DNA of 34,546 nt from positions 1 to 34,546 of the IMG/VR virus record IMGVR_UViG_3300028844_001594. One strand, given 5' to 3'. Below the pieces are notes generated by a model. It was not told the origin of the DNA and ran no database searches. It saw only the letters and a program-made list of their open reading frames with translations. This DNA is from a virus (Duplodnaviria; Caudoviricetes). Of this stretch, positions 1 through 8,294 are shown piece after piece. The position numbers and the translations under genes are program-made. Each line of letters opens with the position of its first letter. Positions within the stretch are counted from its first letter, which is position 1.

Positions 1-89
1 AAGTCGAGGTATAACTTGAGGTTGTCCTTGACATAGGTTAAGAGGGATGCACCACCCCTAATTAGCGATGAGCCTAATCCTAAAGCCAT
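1..89 (-). CDS. 5' part of a probable tail fibre/spike-type virion protein (runs off the window edge)
   Basis: ATG at 89 immediately after the stop of the previous ORF. Reads MALGLGSSLIRGGASLLTYVKDNLKLYLD..., and 'NLKLYLD' resembles the lead-in to LamG-type domains in phage tail proteins. Not in the ORF track. Confidence 0.55.
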   Translation of the reverse strand, partial: MALGLGSSLIRGGASLLTYVKDNLKLYLD

Positions 90-90
90 G

Positions 91-390
91 TTAACCTAGG
101 TAAGCTACTACTTTACCGCTTGATAACTGAAACCCAGACCAACGACCAAATACAGTAATTCCTTGAGGAAATGTAACAGTAGCTACACTATCACCACCAT
201 TATTAGTACTTCCTATGTATTGATTAGTTCCTGATTCTGGGGTAAGAGATGTAAATACGGTATCTTCTAAAAATTGTATAGCAAGTATTTTTTTACCTGT
301 TACAATATCACTACTTGTTTCTAACAAAGAGCCTACTTGACCCAATGATACATTACCGCTTTCTACTACATTATATTTATTTATTGCCAT
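91..390 (-). CDS. small virion structural protein, hypothetical
   Basis: The track ORF starts at 429, but the ATG at 390 (MAINKYNVV...) has an AGGAG SD at 399-403. Beta-rich 99-aa protein within the tail gene cluster. Confidence 0.65.
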   Translation of the reverse strand: MAINKYNVVESGNVSLGQVGSLLETSSDIVTGKKILAIQFLEDTVFTSLTPESGTNQYIGSTNNGGDSVATVTFPQGITVFGRWSGFQLSSGKVVAYLG

Positions 391-407
391 CTTGTTAACT
401 CCTGTTC

Positions 408-443
408 TATGCCTTACCGAGCTTGACAATTCTCATGGGCATA
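408..443 (-). promoter_or_regulatory. structured leader hairpin upstream of the SD of ORF 91-390
   Basis: Minus strand reads TATGCC-CAT-GAG-AATTGTCAAG-CTC-GGTAA-GGCATA: a 6-bp outer stem plus a 3-bp inner stem, ending 4 nt before AGGAG. Confidence 0.4.
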
Positions 444-469
444 TCTTGGTTTAATTTACTAAAATTATA

Positions 470-868
470 TTAAAAGTCAATACTATTTATAGACCTAAAT
501 GTGCCTAATCTGCCACGATAAGCATGTTTTCTTCCATTTTTTACATCATCTTCAAACTTACCATTAAAGTATTGAGCAAGTTGTAAAGTCTCTATGTTTC
601 TTTCATAACCCAAAGCAATGGCTTTATTTACTAAAGCATCTTGATATTGTTGAGGTATATCCGACTCCTGCTTGTCCCAATTTCTATCCATAGAAGGTAT
701 ATTAAAATGCCTTGCTTTTTTATTGTAAAATAATGTTAAATTTTGCCCCGCTATTGAAGAATCAGGTGAAGATATTTTTTCTTTATCTACCTTTGATTCA
801 TCATAATAGCCTAATAAAATATTATTATCCTCAACCCACCATACCCATTGTTTTATCATAGTACTCAT
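470..868 (-). CDS. head-tail adaptor/tail tubular-like protein (resembles the C-terminal half)
   Basis: C-terminal motif 'SDIPQQYQDALVNKAIALGYE...AQYFNGKF' resembles podovirus adaptor/ring proteins. TAATG overlap with the upstream ORF. Confidence 0.55.
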   Translation of the reverse strand: MSTMIKQWVWWVEDNNILLGYYDESKVDKEKISSPDSSIAGQNLTLFYNKKARHFNIPSMDRNWDKQESDIPQQYQDALVNKAIALGYERNIETLQLAQYFNGKFEDDVKNGRKHAYRGRLGTFRSINSIDF

Positions 869-1146
869 TAAGTCATATCCCTTTTTACAGCTCTACCTGT
901 AAACCTACTTATAGTTTCTCCATTTAAATCAACATCTTTAATTTCCATTATTTCATCTTTGTCACCATCTACACTTAAAGAATATCTTCTTTGGTCTGCA
1001 ACTACAGTTATTTCTTTTGACGATTCTAGTATTCTTGTTCTAGTAGTATATTCATCTTGAGCCCTATTAATCATTTTTATAATTTCTTGAGCATTCATTT
1101 GGGGATGATGTTGCTGTACTAACTCAACCATTTCTTTTAATATCAT
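868..1146 (-). CDS. head-tail adaptor/tail tubular-like protein (resembles the N-terminal half)
   Basis: 'MILKEMVELV...EIIKMINRAQDE...ITVVADQRRYSL' resembles the N-terminus of podovirus adaptor/ring proteins. Confidence 0.55.
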   Translation of the reverse strand: MILKEMVELVQQHHPQMNAQEIIKMINRAQDEYTTRTRILESSKEITVVADQRRYSLSVDGDKDEIMEIKDVDLNGETISRFTGRAVKRDMT

Positions 1147-2711
1147 TACTTAGCTCCTATTCTAGATATATTTTTATCAGTATTAGGGTTAAATATACTA
1201 GCCCAACCTTCATCTACTAATTGCTTTATAATAGCTAATTGATTTTGCATCATTTGCAAATCAGAACTAAACTTATTTGCTACAGCAGAAGCTCTTTGTA
1301 TTTCTTGTCCAGCTGTATTAAGAGTCCCACTAAGCATTTCAGGGTCTTCTTCTCCTAACCAATATTCAGCATCTTTAGCACTACCAGTAAGTGTAGCATC
1401 GTTATCTATTAAATCTTTTGCTTTATTTATAGCATCATTGTATTCACTAACCATTGTAGTTTTTAAATCACCAATCTTTTTTAATAAAACATAATAAGAT
1501 GCAATTTTTATTATTTGAGTGTGAAATAATCTTGGCATATTAGCTATAGTTTCATTAGAATCGTCAATCGTACCCGGAACAACTTTAGTTATATAAGCTA
1601 ATTCTGTAGCACTTGGTTTAGGATAAATCTGGACTTTCCCATTTTCAATAGAATATACCGGTGATTTAGAATCTGCGTAGTAAACACTATTTAAATCTTG
1701 AACTTGAGTTATAAATTTTTTATCTACTAAAGAAGCGTCAAACTTATTACTCTCAACAGTAGTATTTGTTAAGGTAAGGTCACCTTGATTACCTTTTAAA
1801 TCAGCTAATGTATTTTTTGTAAAATCATAATAAAGAACTAAATTACTAGAAGAAGTGTAGTCTTTGTAATTATTAAGTAAATCTATATAATTAGCATTGT
1901 TATATATTGCGTAAATATTAGAATCGTCTAATAAGGTGTTGTAAATACCAAAGTTTTTTAAATTAAAATTACCTGCGTATTCAGTTGGAGAACCAGCTCC
2001 ACTAATTAAATCTATATGATATCCGATATGAGCCCTAGAATTTGAATCGTAATAGTAAAAAGTTGAAAGAGGAAAAGAACCTGTTGTTATTAAATTTGTT
2101 TTTACCCCATTAATAAATATATCCGTAGTGCTTGCATTTGATTTTACAATAATGTTATACCAAACATTTGGTTCTATTGTATAATCAGAGATTATCCTTT
2201 TATAAGTGCTTTCATGATGACTATATGAAAACCCACCTCCCACTTTTCCATATTCAAAATAAATATTATTCTTTGCATTTCTTCTAATTCTATAACCATT
2301 AGTACCAGCCCCGCCAGCAGTTAAGTTATTAGATGTAAATATTGGACAATCAGTATCTCTATCTAAGAATTTTATTATCATAGATACTGTAACTGATTGA
2401 GCGTTATACGCATCACTACTTGAAGAATTTGCATCTACTAAAGCGACAGCTCCTGTTTTACTTACTAAATATCCTGTTGTACTATCTACTCTAGTTACAT
2501 TTAATACTATATTATTTACTAAGTTATTATCATTGTCTGTATTAGAGTTACTCTCAACCTCAGAAGACATTAAATGAAGCATCTCAGGCTGTATTTGGGA
2601 TACTTTTTGTATAGTATCTATTTGAGCATTCTCTAATGCTTGTGCTATAGTAGTAGCATCATTAGTACTAGCATCGCCTGTTAATTGTCCTATTTGTTCA
2701 GTAAAGCCCAT
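1146..2711 (-). CDS. tail ring/adaptor-like virion protein with an inserted LamG (ConA-like) domain
   Basis: The central region has LamG-like motifs (TVSMIIKF, IEPNVWYNII, IFINGV, FNLKNFGIYNTLL, LVLYYDF). The flanks ('SPVYSIENGKVQIYPKP', 'NMPRLFHTQIIKIASYYVL') resemble ring/adaptor proteins. Confidence 0.6.
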   Translation of the reverse strand: MGFTEQIGQLTGDASTNDATTIAQALENAQIDTIQKVSQIQPEMLHLMSSEVESNSNTDNDNNLVNNIVLNVTRVDSTTGYLVSKTGAVALVDANSSSSDAYNAQSVTVSMIIKFLDRDTDCPIFTSNNLTAGGAGTNGYRIRRNAKNNIYFEYGKVGGGFSYSHHESTYKRIISDYTIEPNVWYNIIVKSNASTTDIFINGVKTNLITTGSFPLSTFYYYDSNSRAHIGYHIDLISGAGSPTEYAGNFNLKNFGIYNTLLDDSNIYAIYNNANYIDLLNNYKDYTSSSNLVLYYDFTKNTLADLKGNQGDLTLTNTTVESNKFDASLVDKKFITQVQDLNSVYYADSKSPVYSIENGKVQIYPKPSATELAYITKVVPGTIDDSNETIANMPRLFHTQIIKIASYYVLLKKIGDLKTTMVSEYNDAINKAKDLIDNDATLTGSAKDAEYWLGEEDPEMLSGTLNTAGQEIQRASAVANKFSSDLQMMQNQLAIIKQLVDEGWASIFNPNTDKNISRIGAK

Positions 2712-3419
2712 TTAACCTTGAACACCATACGATGATACCCTAGAAGATGGAGCTGTAAAAACAGAATCATTACTCTGATACTCGTCTAAAAGACCTCTAT
2801 CTTTCATTAAATTATTAAAAGCATTTGATGTTTTTGGGCCTAATATTGAATCTACTTCACCTTCATAATAACCTTCGTCTTTCATAAGTTGTTGTAAAGA
2901 GCCTAAATTTTCTTGAGACACATCTTGTATATTCATACCTTTTTTTAACATACTCATTGCTTCTTGAGGATTGTAAGTATTATTACTTTCCTCTGTAGGC
3001 ATTTCAGTATTATAAGTACCACCACCTGCTTCTGTAAAAGCGTCAGGGTCTTGCTTTCCACCAAACATACTTCTTAACCTACTCCCTAATCCACCTATAA
3101 AATCTTTAGTAGATTGGTCAACTCCCCGTTCTTTTCCAAATCTTATTTTACCAAGTGCTTGCATAGTTGATGGGTCGATGCCTTTTTGTTCTCCTAAATA
3201 AGGTTTGTCTATTCCTGCTTTTTCTCCCATAATAAAAGCTCCGGGGCCTTCAGGATTGGCTTTTATTAAACCTTTATCATCGTAAAGTCTTTCTTTTATA
3301 CCTTTGCCAATAGCTGTTGCTCCTCTTCCTAGCATACCACCTAAGGCTTCACCAAGAGTACTATCTACCAATGGTTCCCCATAAGCATTCATTCTATTTC
3401 CACCACCAAATATTGCCAT
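2712..3419 (-). CDS. Gly-rich protein with a C-terminal peptidoglycan-binding (PG_binding_1-like) domain
   Basis: 'LQQLMKDEGYYEGEVDSILGPKTSNAFNNLMKDRGL' matches the PGBD pattern LQ..L...GY..G.vDG..Gp.T..A...fq...gL. Confidence 0.65.
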   Translation of the reverse strand: MAIFGGGNRMNAYGEPLVDSTLGEALGGMLGRGATAIGKGIKERLYDDKGLIKANPEGPGAFIMGEKAGIDKPYLGEQKGIDPSTMQALGKIRFGKERGVDQSTKDFIGGLGSRLRSMFGGKQDPDAFTEAGGGTYNTEMPTEESNNTYNPQEAMSMLKKGMNIQDVSQENLGSLQQLMKDEGYYEGEVDSILGPKTSNAFNNLMKDRGLLDEYQSNDSVFTAPSSRVSSYGVQG

Positions 3420-3529
3420 TATTTCTTTCCTTTTTTAGTTTTAGGTTTTATAGGTTTTCTTCTAGAATTATTATTAACCCTTTCTGAACCTGATTTAAAT
3501 TTACCACCTATGCTATTAGAAGTTATCAT
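3419..3529 (-). CDS. small basic peptide (36 aa)
   Basis: MITSNSIGGKFKSGSERVNNNSRRKPIKPKTKKGKK. TAATG-coupled at both ends. Below the ORF-track cutoff. Confidence 0.6.
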   Translation of the reverse strand: MITSNSIGGKFKSGSERVNNNSRRKPIKPKTKKGKK

Positions 3530-3642
3530 TACTTACCTCTTTGAGTATAAACGCCTCTAGTTACGACTGGTTTTTCAACTTTAGGAACTTCTTTAATTTC
3601 AACTACTTTTTTTACTTTTTTCTTTATTTCTTTTTTAGCCAT
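3529..3642 (-). CDS. small Lys-rich peptide (37 aa)
   Basis: MAKKEIKKKVKKVVEIKEVPKVEKPVVTRGVYTQRGK. AAGGA SD upstream, and the stop overlaps the next ATG. Confidence 0.6.
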   Translation of the reverse strand: MAKKEIKKKVKKVVEIKEVPKVEKPVVTRGVYTQRGK

Positions 3643-3663
3643 TTTAAATCCTTAGTTATCCAA

Positions 3664-3681
3664 GGCCCCTGTTAAGGGGCC
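3664..3681 (-). terminator. GC-rich hairpin downstream of the capsid gene (terminator or mRNA-stabilising hairpin)
   Basis: ggcccct-gtta-aggggcc, a perfect 7-bp stem 18 nt after the MCP stop. There is no clear U-tract. Confidence 0.55.
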
Positions 3682-3699
3682 CTGAATTGGTTATTATTA

Positions 3700-5118
3700 T
3701 TAAGAGAACTTAAGAATAGTATGTGTCTCAGGCAAAGAGATTTCTAGACCAGCTTCGGTCATAACGATATCTTTTCTTCCGTCTACATTATTATTCTGTA
3801 CATTCGTAATAATATGAGTATCACGATTAACACCATTACCTGCTAATGGGCGATAAGCCACATTTGCAAGGTCAATCATAATAGCATAATCTTTGTGCAT
3901 TCCTCTAAGTAGAGGCTCTGCAACTAAGTTTAAGTTACCATAGATTGTATTAACCACAGATACATTGTGCCCAAAGGCACCTTTTATATTCTGTACATCC
4001 AGACCATAGCCATTAGAACCACCAGAAGTAGATGCTGTATGACCAAGAGCTACTGTGTTACCCAAGAATGAATCACCGCCTAGTTTATTAAACCAAGAGA
4101 TTACTTTCCTAGAAGCAAGTACAAGCTTATTTCCGCTATTTCCTGTTTCAGGAGCAAAAATATCTTCCATTGAAGTTAGAAAGTCATCATAACTTGAACT
4201 AGCATATGTAAAGGATTCGACCCTTCCATATCTTTCAGTGTAAGGTAGAATACCCCAAGTGCGTCTTACAGGGCCACTAACTGTTGAATCATCAGAACCA
4301 ACACCAAAAAGCATTGCATGCTCGATGTCCATTTTGTGTTCCATTAACTTAGATTGCCATACTCTCTTGTATTCATCTGCCTTACCTCTGTAACGAGTAG
4401 CCATTGCTGTACCAGAGAACATAGGAATTGCAGTTTTAAAAATCTGCGCATACCCTTCTCTGTCGTACATTTCGTCTTTCCAACCCTCTGGGTCAGTTCC
4501 ACCTTCTGCAAAGGCACTACCAACTACCTGAGCCTGAGCTCCCGCCTCCATCTTTATCTTACTATTAGACTCTGGAGTTTGTGCTCCAGTTCCGGGTAAA
4601 GATAAATCAATGAAAGTAAGCGCTAATTGTGCTTTAGAAGCACTAACTACAGGCGCTCCTGCAATTTTAAAAGTAGCATGATATTTATCAGCCGCATAAG
4701 TTGAACCATCAGATGCGTACTTTACTTCTACTTTTATTAACTGGTCTTGTAATAAGAAGTTTGGTGCAACTCCTGTTGACACCTCACGCCCATACTTATC
4801 ATATAGACACTCAACTTCTAGTACCTCACTACCTCCAGCCGCTAAATCCCAATCTGCGTTAGAACTATATGCTGTTGGAGATTCTTCTTCCGTCTTTACT
4901 TGAAAGTTCCTGCGTTGCCACTGATGACGCTGTTCTAAGAATTTGAACACTGGGTCATCGGTAGGCTTCTTTGCAACTTTCGAGAGGTATGTAAAGAATG
5001 GACTTTGCTCTGGAGCGAGTTCTGCAACTCTTTCTCCAAAGTTAAACATCCGTCTGCTATCATTAATAGTAGACGACTGCATACTGCCACCAGTAGATAT
5101 ACTGTATTTGTCAGCCAT
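3700..5118 (-). CDS. major capsid protein (SU10/DUF5309-like, HK97 fold)
   Basis: 472 aa, positioned after portal and scaffold. Motifs 'VAELAPEQSPFFTYLSK', 'GSAFAEG', 'YAQIFKT', 'EHKMDIEHAMLFG', 'TEAGLEISLPETH'. Confidence 0.88.
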   Translation of the reverse strand: MADKYSISTGGSMQSSTINDSRRMFNFGERVAELAPEQSPFFTYLSKVAKKPTDDPVFKFLEQRHQWQRRNFQVKTEEESPTAYSSNADWDLAAGGSEVLEVECLYDKYGREVSTGVAPNFLLQDQLIKVEVKYASDGSTYAADKYHATFKIAGAPVVSASKAQLALTFIDLSLPGTGAQTPESNSKIKMEAGAQAQVVGSAFAEGGTDPEGWKDEMYDREGYAQIFKTAIPMFSGTAMATRYRGKADEYKRVWQSKLMEHKMDIEHAMLFGVGSDDSTVSGPVRRTWGILPYTERYGRVESFTYASSSYDDFLTSMEDIFAPETGNSGNKLVLASRKVISWFNKLGGDSFLGNTVALGHTASTSGGSNGYGLDVQNIKGAFGHNVSVVNTIYGNLNLVAEPLLRGMHKDYAIMIDLANVAYRPLAGNGVNRDTHIITNVQNNNVDGRKDIVMTEAGLEISLPETHTILKFS

Positions 5119-5143
5119 TTTTAACTCCGTTTTATGTTATATC

Positions 5144-6073
5144 CTATTTCCAAGGATTTTTTGATTCATAATCACTAATCAGGTCATCCATAATTAAATC
5201 GCTGGCACTCTTTCCAGTTTGTTGCATATTAGCGCTACTCTGGACTCCCATAGGTGCCGGAACTGATTGTGCTCTCTGAACTTGGTTGAACTGGGGAGAA
5301 GGCTGTGCAACGGGTTGCTCAGGTACTTTACCTTTGTCCATTTGGTATAAACGCCATAGGTTTTCAATATTTAATGATTCAGGGTCGCTCATCTTTTTTA
5401 TAAAGTCATTGACCTCTTCATCATTAGCATTGTATTGACTCTTTATCTGTTGTGAAATAGTATTCACTTGTTCTTGATTACGCCTTTCAGCATCAAAAGC
5501 TTCTGTTTGCCTTTTTTGTTCTTCGGCTAACGCATCTCTTTCTATCTGTAATAAATTAGCCTCATAATCTAATTTATCAGCGTTATAAGAATCCATCTCA
5601 TCCCTGTAGTTGTCCATAGTATCTAAATACTGCGCACTAGCACTATTAGGGTCATCAATAGCTTCTGCTCTATTAAAGCCTGCTGGTTTTACTGGTTTCT
5701 GTGGTGCATCACGAAACGGTTCAATTTCAGGTTCTGAAGATACTTCTTCAGGCTGATTAGTCGTAGGATTTTGAATAGTCTGCTGTAGAATTTCTACAGT
5801 TTTCTTTAACTGTTCATTCTCATTCTTGGCTTTATCTGCTTCAGACTGCCAATACTGATATCGAACTTCTCCGTTATCTGATGTAGTTTCATAACCTACT
5901 TCTGGAGTTTGTTCAGAACTAGTTTCTACAGATTGCTCAACTGGAGCTACTGTTTCTTCTGGTTCACTTCCAAAACCCGGAGTAAATACACTATCTACAC
6001 TATTTTCTATGCCAACAACAGAATCCACCAAATTCTCTTCTGTTACTTGACCTTGTTGATTTTCTTGAGCCAT
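5144..6073 (-). CDS. capsid scaffolding protein (probable)
   Basis: Acidic, coiled-coil-rich 309-aa protein between portal and MCP. GAGGA SD. Confidence 0.7.
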   Translation of the reverse strand: MAQENQQGQVTEENLVDSVVGIENSVDSVFTPGFGSEPEETVAPVEQSVETSSEQTPEVGYETTSDNGEVRYQYWQSEADKAKNENEQLKKTVEILQQTIQNPTTNQPEEVSSEPEIEPFRDAPQKPVKPAGFNRAEAIDDPNSASAQYLDTMDNYRDEMDSYNADKLDYEANLLQIERDALAEEQKRQTEAFDAERRNQEQVNTISQQIKSQYNANDEEVNDFIKKMSDPESLNIENLWRLYQMDKGKVPEQPVAQPSPQFNQVQRAQSVPAPMGVQSSANMQQTGKSASDLIMDDLISDYESKNPWK

Positions 6074-6096
6074 GTCACTTTCCTCAATTAAGAGCC

Positions 6097-8268
6097 CTAA
6101 CTAGGAATAGGGGTATCTTGGTTTTTGCCAACTTCTTTTTTAGTCCTCCTGACTTCAGAAGCCATTTCACTAGTAGCGTCATCAAGGCGTTTCTCATACA
6201 AAGTACCTGCGGACTGAGCCCGGTTAGATATCTTATCAAGACCTGCCTTAAATTTTTCAACTTCAACTCTTTGTTTTAGATTAACATTTTCTCTATCTCT
6301 ACTCTGCATATCTCCGGATAGACCTTTAATCTGTTCTTGAGCTTGTTGTAATTGTCTCGTGAGTTGTTCGATTGTATCTGTTCTTTCTAGAACTCCTTCG
6401 ACATCAAATATTTCTGTTTTCTTTAATACTTCTTCTTTATCTATTAATCCATTACGATACGCATCCATATATAATTCTAGTTGAGCATATCTATTTGTTG
6501 GAAGCGTTGTTCCTGTAACTACTACAACATCATAGTTACCAATTCCTATGTCATTGTATTTTTGTATTGTTTGTGTAAAATCATCATAGAATCTTTTATT
6601 AATCAAATATTCGCTGGTCATATTGTTAGGTTGCACCAGACGGATAACTTTTTCTTCTTGGTACAGTTGTTGCATAAGTGGGATTGCAACTTGACATACC
6701 CTACTCAGACCAGCTTCTATGTCCATTAACTTTGATTTTATCTTTCTTTGACCGAAGTCATCAATAGATACAGTGGCTTTATAAGTATGAGGAGCGGCTT
6801 GAGAATTACCCATCATTAACTCATAAAGACCAAGTTGATGGTCAATATCTGATTTAGCAGTTTGTTCGTTTTGATATAATTCGTTTGGTAATGGAAGTGG
6901 TTGCACTGGTTGAGGTGCTCCTTGGTCGAAGTCTACTTCTATAGCAACACCGGGTTGTGACCACTTTTGTTCAAACTCTCTCATATCAACAGAGCCTGCT
7001 GGGACTAAAATTTTTACATTTGTGCTAGTAGTAGCATGAGCTATAATAAGTGACCTAGTTTTATTAATATATTCTTGCATATCCTTACACATTCTAACAT
7101 CAGAAAGAGGATAAGGTGTTCTTGTGTGTATATTCATAAAAGGAACTATCGGGTACTTATCAGTCGGTAGTACTCTTTTGTAAAGAAGCTGGTCACCTAT
7201 TACAACAATTTGACAAACTCTACATGCTTGAATCTCTACTACCTTTATTAAACCTTCGTCAATAAACTGAGCCATTGTTGTTATTTCTAATGAAGGTGGC
7301 TCTGGCAGTTGATTTGGGTCTAACCCTTGTTGTTCAGCTTGCTCAACCATCATTTGATAAGATTGTTGAAGTCTTTCCATTGTCATTCTAGCAACATCTT
7401 CTCTTACAATAGGTCTACCTTCTATAATATAAGCTTGTTTATTTTGATATTCTTTATATTCTTCATCGTCAAAAACATGTTCAACCCCAGTAAATGTTTC
7501 ATGTACACGAAATCTACTAACCATTTCTTTGTAGTATCTTTCATATCCCCTTACATATTCATCTGACTCTCCTAATGCAGAATCAGTAAGAGTTTCTACA
7601 TCCTCTGGGAATATAGCTTTACCATCATGTTCTCTACCAGTTTCAGGCCTATCTGAAAGCCTATCTGAATTAGCGTTTTTAATTTTTGTTTCATACTGAG
7701 GATACATTTTTTTAGCTTGGTCTCGAGTAAACATTCTAGACACAATCATGTTTTCTGCATCATCTCCGAATCTATCTCTTGAATTAGGGTCTATGTATAA
7801 ATCTAATGGGTCTATATCTTTAATGACTACATCGCCCTTTGCATTATCACGCATTGGGTCTTGATATACCATCATTACTCCCATTCCGCAAGTATAGTAA
7901 TCATCTACGACATTACGGAGTACGCTAATCCCATCTGATATATCCCACATATAAGCTATTAAAGCATTAAATAATTGAGCTATTTTATTATCACTGTCTT
8001 CTCGTGGTGACACTCTGAATTGAGGTCTGTTAGCAGTTAATAAAGCTTTTGCCATTTCTACTGCGGGATGTATTCTATTTACAACAATAGGAGCTTGTCC
8101 ACGCTCTCTAAGTACTCGAGCCTGTTCTTTAGTCCATTGTTGTCCTAAACGAAACTCTCTGTCTTCTTGAGCTTGAATAGCCCACTTTTCTCTATTGTTA
8201 GAATAGTCGGTAAAAAGTTTTTGGGTAGCGTCAACAACGCTATCTTTCTTATTATAGTTCTCAGCCAT
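6097..8268 (-). CDS. portal protein (P22/podovirus-type)
   Basis: 723 aa, directly after TerL. Motifs 'FRLGQQW', 'PIVVNRIHP', 'DLYIDP', 'YPIVPF', 'KDMQEYINK', and a C-terminal coiled coil. Confidence 0.88.
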   Translation of the reverse strand: MAENYNKKDSVVDATQKLFTDYSNNREKWAIQAQEDREFRLGQQWTKEQARVLRERGQAPIVVNRIHPAVEMAKALLTANRPQFRVSPREDSDNKIAQLFNALIAYMWDISDGISVLRNVVDDYYTCGMGVMMVYQDPMRDNAKGDVVIKDIDPLDLYIDPNSRDRFGDDAENMIVSRMFTRDQAKKMYPQYETKIKNANSDRLSDRPETGREHDGKAIFPEDVETLTDSALGESDEYVRGYERYYKEMVSRFRVHETFTGVEHVFDDEEYKEYQNKQAYIIEGRPIVREDVARMTMERLQQSYQMMVEQAEQQGLDPNQLPEPPSLEITTMAQFIDEGLIKVVEIQACRVCQIVVIGDQLLYKRVLPTDKYPIVPFMNIHTRTPYPLSDVRMCKDMQEYINKTRSLIIAHATTSTNVKILVPAGSVDMREFEQKWSQPGVAIEVDFDQGAPQPVQPLPLPNELYQNEQTAKSDIDHQLGLYELMMGNSQAAPHTYKATVSIDDFGQRKIKSKLMDIEAGLSRVCQVAIPLMQQLYQEEKVIRLVQPNNMTSEYLINKRFYDDFTQTIQKYNDIGIGNYDVVVVTGTTLPTNRYAQLELYMDAYRNGLIDKEEVLKKTEIFDVEGVLERTDTIEQLTRQLQQAQEQIKGLSGDMQSRDRENVNLKQRVEVEKFKAGLDKISNRAQSAGTLYEKRLDDATSEMASEVRRTKKEVGKNQDTPIPS

Positions 8269-8294
8269 AAGTTATCCTATATAAAATATACTAG

